64,000 nt of DNA from a virus (IMGVR_UViG_3300037418_000840), one strand, 5' to 3'. Counted from the stretch's first letter, positions 9,735 to 19,843 are shown. Translations and numbers: made by a program. The notes: a model not told the origin generated them from the letters alone.

Positions 9735-10598
9735 TTAGTCCGGAAGGTTGTCGAAGTTATGGGGATCCATCGCCGGAACGTTCATCAACGAAGTGATCAA
9801 CGGCAAGACCGACGATATTTCAGTGTAAGTACATTTACCACTATGGGCGGGAGTCCACTTCCCACCCTGGGCGATCTCCACCAAGTAATGGACATAGCCG
9901 ATCTTGTGATGGAGGTCGCCGAATACTTCGATCACACGATCTTCGCCGGTCTCCCGATCCTTCTGGATGGTGACCGTCTTGTCACGATAGGACTTACCGT
10001 GATAGTTGTCGAACGACAGGGTGAACCGGGTACGGCCGAGCTTGAGTTGGACTGGTTTCAGGTCCTCGGCAGCTTCTTCGAGAACAACGACCGGCAGCTT
10101 GTTCACGTCGTGCCAATACTCGACATTGAGTTTGACACGGCCGTTCTTCTCGCTGTAGTCGAATGTTGAGGAAAAGCCCCAACGACTGAAGAACTTCTCG
10201 AGCAGGTCTTGCAAGATGGGAATCGCTTCGGTCGCAGCTTTGTGCGCCTCGGGCTTGAGCGACTCGAACTTCATGGTTCGACCGCCGATGCTGCACCGAC
10301 AGTGCAGCTTCTTGTTCCACGAGACGCCGATCTTTTCAAAGAACGGATCCATGATCTCGTCCTTGAACTTGACCTCAAGTGCGCGGATGCCGTGCTTCTT
10401 GGTGATGAGCGCGACAGTAGGGAGGAAGTCTTGATGGATGCGCGTCAGTGGCACCCCCGCATCCTTGAGTGCCAAGTACGAATCGGCATCCACGGGAATG
10501 AACCACTGTTTGATACGCGTAAGACGAATGAGGACCTTGTCGGCCTTCGCCTTTTTCTTGTTGGGTGAGGATTTCGGTGCCTCGGTATCTTTGCTCAC
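9735..10598 (-). CDS. hypothetical protein
   Basis: 287-aa ORF directly upstream of gyrB. Confidence 0.75.
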   Translation of the reverse strand: MSKDTEAPKSSPNKKKAKADKVLIRLTRIKQWFIPVDADSYLALKDAGVPLTRIHQDFLPTVALITKKHGIRALEVKFKDEIMDPFFEKIGVSWNKKLHCRCSIGGRTMKFESLKPEAHKAATEAIPILQDLLEKFFSRWGFSSTFDYSEKNGRVKLNVEYWHDVNKLPVVVLEEAAEDLKPVQLKLGRTRFTLSFDNYHGKSYRDKTVTIQKDRETGEDRVIEVFGDLHHKIGYVHYLVEIAQGGKWTPAHSGKCTYTEISSVLPLITSLMNVPAMDPHNFDNLPD

Positions 10599-10912
10599 TT
10601 GCTAATCTCCGGTGGAGTTTCCAATGCTGTGTAGAAGCGCTCACGGAACGCTTCGGTCTCTTTGGCTACCAAAGCCATGACGCGTGCTTCTTTCTCTGCG
10701 TCACGCTTCTGTCGTGCCCTTCGCACTTGCTCGGCAAGACGATAGGCTCGGCCCACGACTACTATCTGAACGCCACGCGCAGGACAGTACCGATTGCCCT
10801 TGCTGAAGTGACAGTTGACGAACGCCGTCTTCTCAGCAGGGTCCAGATGCTGGCACTTCTTGCACTTGGTCGAGTACAAAGCTAGGTAATCTCGATTGTC
10901 ACGCTTGGACAT
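10595..10912 (-). CDS. small Cys-rich (putative Zn-binding) protein
   Basis: CKKC...CHF...C; 4-nt overlap with next gene. Confidence 0.65.
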   Translation of the reverse strand: MSKRDNRDYLALYSTKCKKCQHLDPAEKTAFVNCHFSKGNRYCPARGVQIVVVGRAYRLAEQVRRARQKRDAEKEARVMALVAKETEAFRERFYTALETPPEISK

Positions 10913-10942
10913 CGAGGCCCTCCTAAGATAAAAGCAGAGATA

Positions 10943-10971
10943 GGGCCAGAACCTTCATCTGGCTCTGGCCC
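10943..10971 (-). terminator. probable intrinsic terminator
   Basis: GGGCCAGA/TCTGGCCC stem, T-rich after it on the minus strand. Confidence 0.45.
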
Positions 10972-11033
10972 CATCCGAGTCAACTACAGGGCGATCCCCT
11001 TAACTGACGGGGACGCCCGCCGCCGTCGTTGGA

Positions 11034-11948
11034 TTAGAACAGGACTTCGTCGTCGTCCGACTCTTCGTCGTCTTCGTCTTCGTCCTCGTCTTCTTCCTCT
11101 TCCTCTTCTTCGTCTTCTTCGACCTTGCGCTTACCCTTCTTGCCCTTGGCCGGCTTGCCCTTGCCCTTGCCGCGACGGGGAGCTTCTTCCTCTTCTTCTT
11201 CCTCCTCGTCTTCCTCTTCCTCTTCCTCCTCTTCTTCGTCTTCGTCGTCTTCGTCCTCGTCTTCCTCGGACTCGTCGTCTTCCTCTTCTTCGTCCTCGTC
11301 CTCGTCGTCCTCGGACTCGTCGTCCTCTTCCTCTTCGTCTTCGTCGTCTTCCGACTCTTCTTCGTCCTCGTCTTCCTCGGACTCGTCGTCTTCCGACTCC
11401 ACCGCATCACCGGCGCTGCCAGCCGACACCAGGACCGATGCCGGGTCGAGGGCGATGACCGGGCCGTTCTCCGTGATGTAGATGACCACACCCTTCTGCT
11501 CCGTCACTTCCTGGACGGTGCCCACGGGGATCAGCACCTCGTGGTAGATGGTCTCGCCGACGACGGCCTTGACCTTTTGACGCGGAATGATTTCGCCGTT
11601 GATGCCGAAGTACGCAGCGGGAGTCGGCTTCTTGTCCGTGTCGGCACGCGTCGTCGTCACGATACGGAGGAACACCATCGAGCCGGCGGCAGTGGACTTC
11701 GCTTTCGGCGTTGCCTTGGCTTTGGCGGTCTTGCCGCGCGCAGGCTTCTTCGCGGTCTTCGCAGCGACGGCAGCCTTCTTCTTGGCGGCGAGCGCCGCGC
11801 GCTTCTTCGCAGCGAGGGCCTCGGCCTTCTTCGCGTTCGCAGCGGCTGCGCCACGAGCGCCAGCGCGTTTCGCTGCTACCTTCTTGGCGACGGGTTTCTT
11901 CGCTGCGACACCTTTCTTCGCGCCTGCCTTCTTCGTGGAGATTGCCAT
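11034..11948 (-). CDS. bipartite protein: Lys/Ala-rich N-terminus, very long Asp/Glu-rich C-terminus
   Basis: about 60 near-continuous D/E residues, then a basic patch, then more D/E. Confidence 0.8.
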   Translation of the reverse strand: MAISTKKAGAKKGVAAKKPVAKKVAAKRAGARGAAAANAKKAEALAAKKRAALAAKKKAAVAAKTAKKPARGKTAKAKATPKAKSTAAGSMVFLRIVTTTRADTDKKPTPAAYFGINGEIIPRQKVKAVVGETIYHEVLIPVGTVQEVTEQKGVVIYITENGPVIALDPASVLVSAGSAGDAVESEDDESEEDEDEEESEDDEDEEEEDDESEDDEDEDEEEEDDESEEDEDEDDEDEEEEEEEEEDEEEEEEEEAPRRGKGKGKPAKGKKGKRKVEEDEEEEEEEDEDEDEDDEESDDDEVLF

Positions 11949-12151
11949 CTTTCGATCCTTGTTGAGAAATGTGGTTGTGATACGTTAGCTAACGCTCGAT
12001 GTTTGGGACGGCCATCGTGCAGTGCCGTTACTACCTATTTACTGCGGGTCCTGAACTACGTCCGGAAACGTGGCCCGGCGGAGTTTAGCACAGGCACGCC
12101 TGGAACGCAAATATCAGTGTTGTTTTTGCGCAACACCGATGCGCCGGATCC

Positions 12152-12937
12152 TTACTCCTCGTCAGCCTCGACTTTGCGGCCGCGTGTGCGCTTCGGCGGC
12201 TGGAGCACGTTCTTGAACGCCGGAGGCAAGATCTTCGCTGCGCGCGAAATGGCGCGGAACACCGGATCCTTGTTGTCCAGCATCATGAGCTTGAGGTTGC
12301 CCGTCTTGGCCGACTTGACGACTTGATAGATCTTGCGACGGACGACCGAAATCGAACCATCGTTCTTGCGCTTGTTGACGCGCAACACAACACGGAACTG
12401 CGTGAGAGCCGGCAGACGATGGGCCGTACGGAACACGAGTCGTTGGCGCTTCTCACCGCTGGCTTCGTGCTTATAGGTTTCCGTGGCATTGCGTGCCTTG
12501 ACGTCGGCCGGGAACTTCTTCTCGGCGTTCGAGCGATACAAGACAGCCGACAGACGACCCTGGATGCCGAGCACCGTCGGCACGTCGTAACCCGACATGT
12601 CGAACTTCTTGCGCTCGTCGATGTTGGTCGGATCGTCGAACGGATACGTGCCGTTGACGCGAACTGCCTTGAACTGCGAACCGATCAGGCCATCCTTCTC
12701 GGTCTTGAACGAGACCTCGACGTTGTGGGGTTTGAAATCGGCCGGAGCTTCGTAAGTCGGCAGGGGCTTGCGCGCCGGACGTGCGGCCACTCGCTTACCC
12801 GTTTTGGCCGGGAACTTGCCCTTGACCGCCGGACCCTTCTTTGCGGGGACCGCTTTTGTCTTGGCTCCAACTCGGGTGGATTTCTTGGAAGCTGGCGCTT
12901 CCTTCGCGGTCGTCTTGACCTTTTTCTTGATTGCCAT
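12152..12937 (-). CDS. basic hypothetical protein
   Basis: 261-aa ORF with K/A-rich N-terminus. Confidence 0.75.
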   Translation of the reverse strand: MAIKKKVKTTAKEAPASKKSTRVGAKTKAVPAKKGPAVKGKFPAKTGKRVAARPARKPLPTYEAPADFKPHNVEVSFKTEKDGLIGSQFKAVRVNGTYPFDDPTNIDERKKFDMSGYDVPTVLGIQGRLSAVLYRSNAEKKFPADVKARNATETYKHEASGEKRQRLVFRTAHRLPALTQFRVVLRVNKRKNDGSISVVRRKIYQVVKSAKTGNLKLMMLDNKDPVFRAISRAAKILPPAFKNVLQPPKRTRGRKVEADEE

Positions 12938-13694
12938 GCTCTGCTCCAGTAGGAGAAGGGTTTAAGGGATCGTGCTTTGTTTGAATCCACATCAATTCCC
13001 GGGTGAGCACGATCACCAGTTCTTTGATGCGCATGTGAGCCTCGTGCCGAGCATTGAGCGCACGTCCTGTCATGACAAGGCGGGCTATCCCGAATTCCGG
13101 CGTTGATTGAAGCAATCGCAGGCTCACTTGCGGTCGCTCAATTTCTTGGCGCAGGTAATCACGCGCTTCCTGCGAACAACGCCAGAAGACATTGTCCTTG
13201 GTCAGCGATATGAAGAGCTCCTGCAAAAACGTCAAGTCCCGTAGGTGGTACGCAGCATTTACCAGCTGGAACAGCGTTGTGTCGCCGCCCATCCGATCGG
13301 GGTGAACGAGGCTAACAACTTGCCGGTAGGCTGAGGACACGAACTGGGACTGCGCGTTATACAATTGCTCGGTCCCGAACGAGACGTAGCCAGCGGCCGT
13401 AACTGCGTCAACTGCTTGAGTGACTGGCGTTCCTTTCGTCGAAAGACGGATCTCACGACGAAGACGAACCACCGTCTCTGCTTCTTTGTACTCGCTGAAC
13501 AAACGATTGACTACGTCGAGGACTTGCCGATACAGCTTAAAGTAGCGAGCGCGAGCCAAGGTCACCTGCTTGAGCAGCAGCTGATACTCGAACAAACGCC
13601 CCAGATCGACGCGAGCTTGTGCGTACAGAGCAAGCTCAGTCGCGCTTTTGTCCTTCTTGGACGAAGACTGCATAATAGTGCTCCGATAGTTCAT
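12795..13694 (-). CDS. J-domain (DnaJ-like) protein
   Basis: AYRQVVSLVHPDRMGGDTTLFQLVNAAY = helix II-HPD-helix III. Confidence 0.65.
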   Translation of the reverse strand: MNYRSTIMQSSSKKDKSATELALYAQARVDLGRLFEYQLLLKQVTLARARYFKLYRQVLDVVNRLFSEYKEAETVVRLRREIRLSTKGTPVTQAVDAVTAAGYVSFGTEQLYNAQSQFVSSAYRQVVSLVHPDRMGGDTTLFQLVNAAYHLRDLTFLQELFISLTKDNVFWRCSQEARDYLRQEIERPQVSLRLLQSTPEFGIARLVMTGRALNARHEAHMRIKELVIVLTRELMWIQTKHDPLNPSPTGAEHGNQEKGQDDREGSASFQEIHPSWSQDKSGPRKEGSGGQGQVPGQNG

Positions 13695-13700
13695 CGTCCT

Positions 13701-14105
13701 TCATACCGGATGCTCATCCGAACCTCCGTCTGCGTCAACAGGCGCGCAGTCGGGGTCACCGTAGGCTCCACGGCCTGTCGGTTGAATGGCGGTCACGCGT
13801 ATGACGTTGTCCCCCGCTTCGGGCTTCGAGTTGAGGAAGACGAACATGCCGATACGGCGACTCTTGGTGAGAGACACCCACTTTTTGAAGTGGGCATTCC
13901 ATCGCGAGGCGATAATCCATTTCTCAGCGTCCTCATCGTAGGTGATGCGGCACACGTAGTTCACGCCGTCGGCAGACAACGTGACATCTTCGGGCTGGAA
14001 ATGAATTACTGTCCCCACGACTGGAATCATGCTTCGCTGAGCTTTGATTGTCATGGCTGAGGTGAATCGAAGTTGATGGTTAAACTCGATCGAGATACAC
14101 TGCAT
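13701..14105 (-). CDS. hypothetical protein
   Basis: ORF; GTAAATA immediately upstream. Confidence 0.55.
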   Translation of the reverse strand: MQCISIEFNHQLRFTSAMTIKAQRSMIPVVGTVIHFQPEDVTLSADGVNYVCRITYDEDAEKWIIASRWNAHFKKWVSLTKSRRIGMFVFLNSKPEAGDNVIRVTAIQPTGRGAYGDPDCAPVDADGGSDEHPV

Positions 14106-14146
14106 TATTTACCCTCCCTGAGCAAAATGCCTGTCGATCGAACCGG

Positions 14147-14533
14147 TTAGCTTACCGTCGCGTAGGGCTTGCTCGCGTGCGGGTCTCGCATATGGATCAA
14201 AGTACCGCCACTTTCTCCTCGGAGCTTGCGCCCGAAGTCCTCCATTTCTGCCGCAGATCTGGCGATCGGTGCGATGGTCGGCATGTTGTCCCGCACCCAG
14301 TCCAGAGCCTCGGTCATGTTCTTGAACGACTCAATGGCCGGACGCTTCGACACTTCCTCGCCGAACTCGTCGTAGGTACGAATGAACTTGGTCTTAGACC
14401 GAAGGGCGGCCCACGATTTCTGGCCGGGATTCCGAATGACGATGATCCAGTGCGGAGCGTAATACTCGATAGCAACCTCGGTCGTCTTCGTCGACTTGCT
14501 TCCGGCAAGCAGCTTCAGCGGGTTGAACGTCAT
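14147..14533 (-). CDS. hypothetical protein
   Basis: ORF in tightly packed run. Confidence 0.6.
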   Translation of the reverse strand: MTFNPLKLLAGSKSTKTTEVAIEYYAPHWIIVIRNPGQKSWAALRSKTKFIRTYDEFGEEVSKRPAIESFKNMTEALDWVRDNMPTIAPIARSAAEMEDFGRKLRGESGGTLIHMRDPHASKPYATVS

Positions 14534-14544
14534 GACGTTGTTCC

Positions 14545-14727
14545 TCAGATAGAAAAGAGTTTCGAAAGTGCGAAGGTCACGAACATAACCTGAATGACCA
14601 TCGAGATGGTGGCAAAGGTCTTGGTCGGACGGTCCGGTAACTGTGGATACACCTGGAAGTCGATAAAGAAACGAAACGACTCCCAGACGATGATAGCGAT
14701 CAGAAACGCGTAAGGGACTCGAATCAT
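14545..14727 (-). CDS. small membrane protein
   Basis: two hydrophobic segments in 60 aa. Confidence 0.5.
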   Translation of the reverse strand: MIRVPYAFLIAIIVWESFRFFIDFQVYPQLPDRPTKTFATISMVIQVMFVTFALSKLFSI

Positions 14728-15191
14728 GAACGACGTCCGAACTTAGCGGTCAAGTCGGCCAGCGCCTGAGGACTAGCCTTCACGTGCTGCTGGAGCGTGG
14801 TCACAGACCGATCTGAGGCCATGACTTGAATCCGGCCACCCAGGGTTCCGTCGTCGACGAAGGCGATGGGTGTCGCCGTCTTGCGCGCGGACAGAAGACG
14901 AAGACGCTGATCTTGACGCCCAGCCTCATCGTATTCGGCGCGCCATTTGCGAATGATCGAAATCGCGGACCGCAGTTTCTTGATGGCGAAATCGGTACGT
15001 GTCACGTCGAGGCGATACCAGCCACGACCGCGATAGTAGAGACGAACGCCGTTCGGGAAACCGATGTTCTTGTGGTAGTCGGGGGTTTTCATCCACCAGC
15101 GCAGATTATCCCATTCTTGACGATTGAGACGAACTGCGACCGTTGCCGTGTCATCGCGACGGAGGTTGGACGTAAAGATGAACTTCTTCAT
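14724..15191 (-). CDS. hypothetical protein
   Basis: start MKKFIF after AAGGAG. Confidence 0.6.
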   Translation of the reverse strand: MKKFIFTSNLRRDDTATVAVRLNRQEWDNLRWWMKTPDYHKNIGFPNGVRLYYRGRGWYRLDVTRTDFAIKKLRSAISIIRKWRAEYDEAGRQDQRLRLLSARKTATPIAFVDDGTLGGRIQVMASDRSVTTLQQHVKASPQALADLTAKFGRRS

Positions 15192-15257
15192 GGAGACTCC
15201 TTTTCGGTAGGAGAAGATAACAGGAACTGCACACACTACACTGTCTATTTACTGCAG

Positions 15258-15770
15258 TCAGCAGAGTGCTAAAACCGAGTCCAAAACACGAGATGGATAA
15301 TCGTAGCACGCCGCCTTATAATTCTTGTAAAGAATAATAGTCAGATTCGGATCATCCTCCTCCGTCTCATGGACAACGGCGAGGAATCCTCCATTGTCTA
15401 ATCCGTAGAGGGCGTCCAAGTCACCGTTGGTCACACCGGTTACGAAAGCGTCCTCATCGTCACGAACACGAATACCATCCGTCTTCGTGAGTTCTTCATC
15501 GTCTTCGAAGTGTCGCCATTGATTCATGATCTTCATGAATTTCTGAGACGAGATGTTCTTGACTTCGATCCGAAGAATGCGAGCCGCGTTGAGACCACCA
15601 TCCTTAAGCGGAGGAGCCGTTTCAGACGCCCGAACGTCGACACGAAGAACGCGCTTCTTGGCTTTCTTGAGACCCAGCGCCTTGAAGAACTTGATCACGC
15701 GTTTGACCAACAGTGGACCCGCATCTTCATAGTCCTCACAGATGTCGTCGAACATTTTACGCTTTTTCAT
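15258..15770 (-). CDS. hypothetical protein
   Basis: start trimmed to MKKRK. Confidence 0.6.
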   Translation of the reverse strand: MKKRKMFDDICEDYEDAGPLLVKRVIKFFKALGLKKAKKRVLRVDVRASETAPPLKDGGLNAARILRIEVKNISSQKFMKIMNQWRHFEDDEELTKTDGIRVRDDEDAFVTGVTNGDLDALYGLDNGGFLAVVHETEEDDPNLTIILYKNYKAACYDYPSRVLDSVLALC

Positions 15771-16179
15771 GGCCGGCCTTCTTGGATTTGGTTGACGAAG
15801 CCGTCTTCTTGGCACGAGGGACCTTGCGCAAATAACGCTGGAGCTCAAGATCAAGGAACTTTCCGTAGTTCTCTTTCAGATCGGCCACCACTTCCTGAAT
15901 CGACGACCGATACTCGGAAACGAAAACATCACGCTGTGGGCAGAAGGAACGTATGCATCCGCCGAACACAACATCAAGCTTTTCGTCCAGGTCGTGATGG
16001 ATGATAAACGACACGTCTTCGGTGCGGAAGATCAGGGCACCACCCTCCTCGTCGTGCTCGACGTAGCGTGAGTGTGCGGCGGCAAAAGCGGCAATAGCGT
16101 TCGCGCCGTCACGAACTTCGAGGGGCAATTCCATGAACTCGGCGAGGTCATTGGCATGACTGAGTTTCAGTTGAGACAT
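15757..16179 (-). CDS. hypothetical protein
   Basis: ORF in packed run. Confidence 0.6.
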   Translation of the reverse strand: MSQLKLSHANDLAEFMELPLEVRDGANAIAAFAAAHSRYVEHDEEGGALIFRTEDVSFIIHHDLDEKLDVVFGGCIRSFCPQRDVFVSEYRSSIQEVVADLKENYGKFLDLELQRYLRKVPRAKKTASSTKSKKAGHEKA

Positions 16180-16187
16180 GATCTACC

Positions 16188-16619
16188 TCAGAGAGAAAGT
16201 TCTGCTACGAAGTGAAGTCCGAATTGGCCCTTCGAGAAGTCAATGGATCGACTGAGAAGTTCAGCGTCGAGAGCCGCTCGTAGCGTGCCCAAACCGCCAA
16301 CAATTTCTTCCAAATGTTTGCTGGTCAACGAGGCACGCGCCGAGTGATAGTCATGCTGCGATTTGACCGATGTCCCGATGAAGATCGTTTCGGTGGTGTC
16401 GCGTGTCCAGCCCGTGATTCGGACTTGGAAGATCCCTAACTTGTCCTCGTCGTCGACGAGTCGTGTACTCGACTCGAGCCACATGGGCTTTCCGCACTCG
16501 GGACAGAAGTTGGCGCGCTGTTCACTGTGACCGCAGCCACGATCACGAAGCTTTTGATAAAGCTCCGATCCAGGAATCTTGTATCCGACCATGATTACTG
16601 ATGTAAGACTTGCGCTCAT
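16188..16619 (-). CDS. zinc-ribbon protein
   Basis: CGH...NFCPECGKP. Confidence 0.6.
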   Translation of the reverse strand: MSASLTSVIMVGYKIPGSELYQKLRDRGCGHSEQRANFCPECGKPMWLESSTRLVDDEDKLGIFQVRITGWTRDTTETIFIGTSVKSQHDYHSARASLTSKHLEEIVGGLGTLRAALDAELLSRSIDFSKGQFGLHFVAELSL

Positions 16620-16653
16620 GATTGAGCTCCTCTACGTGAATGAATGATAAATG

Positions 16654-16980
16654 TCACTGGAAGTGACGGCCTCGCATGTAGACCTCGACACGAGCGCGTG
16701 CCGGATAGTGGACGGCCGCCCTTGCTTCGGCTTCACGCTCCTGTTCACGCTTGTGATACGCGCGAAGCCCGAGGTAGAAGCCAACAACAATCGAAAGGAG
16801 GGCCGACAGCACGAAGATGAGGATCGCGGCCAGCGCCTGAGCCGTGTTCTTTGACGTACCAAGCAAGAGGCACGCAGCGCCAACGCTTATCAACAGCCCG
16901 TAGAAGATGGTGCGCATCATGATGCGAAACGGCGAATTAGGGTTCTTCATTGTGGTCTCGGATACTTGTTGTCCAACCAT
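16654..16980 (-). CDS. membrane protein
   Basis: two predicted TM helices. Confidence 0.55.
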   Translation of the reverse strand: MVGQQVSETTMKNPNSPFRIMMRTIFYGLLISVGAACLLLGTSKNTAQALAAILIFVLSALLSIVVGFYLGLRAYHKREQEREAEARAAVHYPARARVEVYMRGRHFQ

Positions 16981-17150
16981 TGTTGAAATGCTACACGCGA
17001 CTGACGACGGCTCGGGGCGCTGATAACGTGTGTCTTGTACACGCCATGATGGTCAGACTCCCGGATCTCGTACAGATCACAGTCTAGCGGATACAGTTCG
17101 ATCAAGTGATCAGGGGCAATGCGCCTGAGCTTGATCCGGCGACAATCCAT
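16947..17150 (-). CDS. hypothetical protein
   Basis: ORF with GGAGG RBS. Confidence 0.5.
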   Translation of the reverse strand: MDCRRIKLRRIAPDHLIELYPLDCDLYEIRESDHHGVYKTHVISAPSRRQSRVAFQQWLDNKYPRPQ

Positions 17151-17161
17151 ACTGTCCTCCT

Positions 17162-17773
17162 TCAGTATGCATCGACATTTACTACCTTCGCAGGCTTACG
17201 ATCAAAGGGTGGAGCATTAGGATCCCAAGTGATGTCAGCTATCAAGTAATGATCACGGTCATCGCTATCGCTATCCTGCCATAGGCGAATGGGAGACACG
17301 AGGAAGCCCAGACCCTCTAATCGCTGGACGACCAAGACAGCGACACCCATCGCCCAGGTGTAGCCTACTTCATCCTCAGGAGCTAAGGTGTCGTCCGTGG
17401 TCTCAACTTTGCCGAGATTCACATTGGCAAGAAGCTGCCGGGTCGGCGCCGTGCTAACAATCAGCCGCTTGATTTCGGTCAAGCGATGATTGGCTTCGCG
17501 TTCGACCTTGTCCATTACCTTGAGACAATACATGGAACGCGCGCTGTCGGCCGTCAATTCGACAACCGGATCAGTCATCGACTTGTTCCACCATCGCATG
17601 TAGGGTTTGACCCAGAGACGAGCAGCACCTATCGTGAACCCAGCGACGATTAGCGCCGCAAAGAACGGTGGTACATTGTAGATGTACAGTCCCCGAAGGA
17701 TCAGGATCAGGATCGGCAGGATGCCGAGGGCGGCCACAAGTGCAGCCAGGAGCGGACGTTTATTGTTGTTCAT
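17162..17773 (-). CDS. membrane-anchored protein
   Basis: two N-terminal TM segments. Confidence 0.6.
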   Translation of the reverse strand: MNNNKRPLLAALVAALGILPILILILRGLYIYNVPPFFAALIVAGFTIGAARLWVKPYMRWWNKSMTDPVVELTADSARSMYCLKVMDKVEREANHRLTEIKRLIVSTAPTRQLLANVNLGKVETTDDTLAPEDEVGYTWAMGVAVLVVQRLEGLGFLVSPIRLWQDSDSDDRDHYLIADITWDPNAPPFDRKPAKVVNVDAY

Positions 17774-17781
17774 GTCGATCC

Positions 17782-18111
17782 TCACTCGGCAACGTAGGAG
17801 ATGCGTGTCGTGTACCACTCCGACCGCTTCAAGGGTACGCGCTTGCCTTGCCGAGCGTAGAAGCGGCGGACTGCGTCGTCATTCACGTCCTCGCGTTCGT
17901 GATGGACCCATTCGAGTTGTTGGAGGTAGCCATCGTCGCCATTGAACTGGAACGATTCGCCACGGGAAGTTTTGAAGAGGAGAGTTTGCAGAGCCTGCTT
18001 CTCAGCCTTGAGGGTTCGAGCCTCATGGCGGAGTTTACGGAGTTTGCGATTGACTTCGCGCAAGGCATTAGCCTGATCCGTCGGCTTCTTTGCGGAGATG
18101 AACTTCGTCAT
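17782..18111 (-). CDS. hypothetical coiled-coil protein
   Basis: AAAGGA RBS. Confidence 0.55.
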   Translation of the reverse strand: MTKFISAKKPTDQANALREVNRKLRKLRHEARTLKAEKQALQTLLFKTSRGESFQFNGDDGYLQQLEWVHHEREDVNDDAVRRFYARQGKRVPLKRSEWYTTRISYVAE

Positions 18112-18146
18112 GATGATGTCCTTTCGGTAGACAGTGAAATCAGGTA

Positions 18147-18458
18147 CTACAGAGCAGTCCAGCCTTTAATGTTTCGCCGGGACTTCGCTCGTTGAGCGTT
18201 ACGTGTGGCGAGGGCATCGAGTGACACGTCCTCGCGCATAGAGCGAACGACTTGACGCGCTTCGGCCCACGCCGCGGTTGAATCAATGACTGACCAGCAG
18301 AGTGAATGGTCTGCACCACCGCTCTCATACTGATCAACTGCTTCGGGTGAAGGGAAGACCATCCACTCGGTGGAATACTGGCCCTTGAAACGGATGCAGA
18401 CGGCATTGGGCATTACTTGCTTCACCACTTCCCGTGCCGACAGCGGTTTGTTACCCAT
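18147..18458 (-). CDS. hypothetical protein
   Basis: ORF in packed run. Confidence 0.55.
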   Translation of the reverse strand: MGNKPLSAREVVKQVMPNAVCIRFKGQYSTEWMVFPSPEAVDQYESGGADHSLCWSVIDSTAAWAEARQVVRSMREDVSLDALATRNAQRAKSRRNIKGWTAL

Positions 18459-18477
18459 CTTGGCCTCACATGAGAAA

Positions 18478-18503
18478 GGGAGAGCCCCAAGGAGGACTCT
18501 CCC
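18478..18503 (-). terminator. probable intrinsic terminator
   Basis: GGGAGAG/CTCTCCC stem in intergenic gap. Confidence 0.45.
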
Positions 18504-18537
18504 AAAACCCTAGTTGTCGCTAGCGAACCGCGCCTTG

Positions 18538-18861
18538 TTAGTTGAGGTGCTCGATCGTCGAGTGACGATCACCTTTCCAAACCGCGCCGAGAAAGTCGGT
18601 CTTGGTGACGGACAGGTGTTTCATGGCCGTATGCTGGACTAGGGCCAGTTCACGGGGCGATTCGGCTTCACGGACCTGCTTCGCATACGATTGATAGCAG
18701 GCAACGGCGTACGAATGGAGACGCCGCCGCGAGATACGCTTCGTAATGCGACCGCGACGCAGGAGCCGATCTTGTTGAGCGCGGAAATGCGCTTCGATGG
18801 TCTCCGGCGTAACGAGATGGAGCAGTTCACGGGCCGTGATTGCGACTTTGAGTTTCTTCAT
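18538..18861 (-). CDS. hypothetical protein
   Basis: ORF with GGAG RBS. Confidence 0.55.
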   Translation of the reverse strand: MKKLKVAITARELLHLVTPETIEAHFRAQQDRLLRRGRITKRISRRRLHSYAVACYQSYAKQVREAESPRELALVQHTAMKHLSVTKTDFLGAVWKGDRHSTIEHLN

Positions 18862-18946
18862 GATGAGACACTCCGAAGATAGTCATTAGACAAAAGGAGA
18901 AGGGGTTTATAAAGGTTCGCGACAGCTAGGGGTTGAAACAAACTGC

Positions 18947-19492
18947 TTAACGGAAAATGTAGGCACCGTCCACGTAGGCCACGGGCTGACCCGCAGGGCG
19001 ATCATCGGGTGGCTCCGGCGGTCCTTCGACCTCGGGTCCCATGCACTCTTCTTGAGTCTGCACCTGGACCGGACCGTAGTCCTCGGGCTCTTCGTCGTCA
19101 TACGAATCGTCGTATCGCGGGTTGCAATCGCTGCTGTGATCATCCTCATCACCAGCAGAGAAGGCATCGTACATCCGCTTACGACAAGCGGCGCACCGAT
19201 AATACAGAGGGCCAGCCATTCCCTCATCAGGATCGCGCACGGGCCGCACGTCTTTCTGCTCGGTGTTGCATCCTTCGCAGAACTGTAGGGTCTCCCTTTC
19301 CTCGGCAAGAGCCTTCTTGTGCTCGTCGTAGCATTCGCTACACATGTCGTGTAGTTCAGCACCGAACGAATCGGTCTCACCTTGAACACGATGCGTAGCC
19401 GGACGATCAGGGTGATCATCGCACATGATGCCTTCGGGCACTTTGTGTACCGCACCCGGAAGGGTGGAGCACGGGCCTACGGAGTCAGCCAT
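18947..19492 (-). CDS. Cys-rich Zn-binding protein with acidic tail
   Basis: CDDH, CSEC, CEGC, CAAC pairs. Confidence 0.6.
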   Translation of the reverse strand: MADSVGPCSTLPGAVHKVPEGIMCDDHPDRPATHRVQGETDSFGAELHDMCSECYDEHKKALAEERETLQFCEGCNTEQKDVRPVRDPDEGMAGPLYYRCAACRKRMYDAFSAGDEDDHSSDCNPRYDDSYDDEEPEDYGPVQVQTQEECMGPEVEGPPEPPDDRPAGQPVAYVDGAYIFR

Positions 19493-19527
19493 TGTTTGAA
19501 TCTCCTTTCGGTAGAGAGAGCCTACGT

Positions 19528-19833
19528 TCAGCACATGAGGTCATAGCCCACGTCACCAGGACGGGGCTGCCAGAATGGGGCACGACGGGGCGGCGAATGC
19601 CCAACGATCTTGACCGCGACCACGAGTCCATAGTAGGTGGTCCCGACCTGCGTCGGATCAAACGCACCTTGGCCCGTCGCCATCATACCTTCGACGCTGC
19701 GACCTGCGTAGGTCACGCATCCGCATCCGTTGTAGTTGACGAGCGTCACATACGCGGCGCGGACTTCTTCCCCACGCTTGCCACGCGAGGTGATCTCGAG
19801 CAGATCACCCGGCTTGAAATCTTCGAGTTTCAT
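19528..19833 (-). CDS. hypothetical protein
   Basis: start MKLEDF. Confidence 0.55.
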   Translation of the reverse strand: MKLEDFKPGDLLEITSRGKRGEEVRAAYVTLVNYNGCGCVTYAGRSVEGMMATGQGAFDPTQVGTTYYGLVVAVKIVGHSPPRRAPFWQPRPGDVGYDLMC

Positions 19834-19843
19834 GGCTGATCCC

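Noticed and set aside
11040-11400. Highly repetitive TCTTC/TCGTC tract, considered as a CRISPR array or satellite
   Set aside because: Codon-level repetition of Asp/Glu codons inside a CDS; no fixed repeat-spacer period
1704-12326. Long plus-strand ORFs (1704-2798, 3785-4990, 7924-8688, 11125-11481, 11541-12326)
   Set aside because: Antisense shadows of well-supported minus-strand genes, typical of high-GC codon bias; no RBS or recognisable motifs
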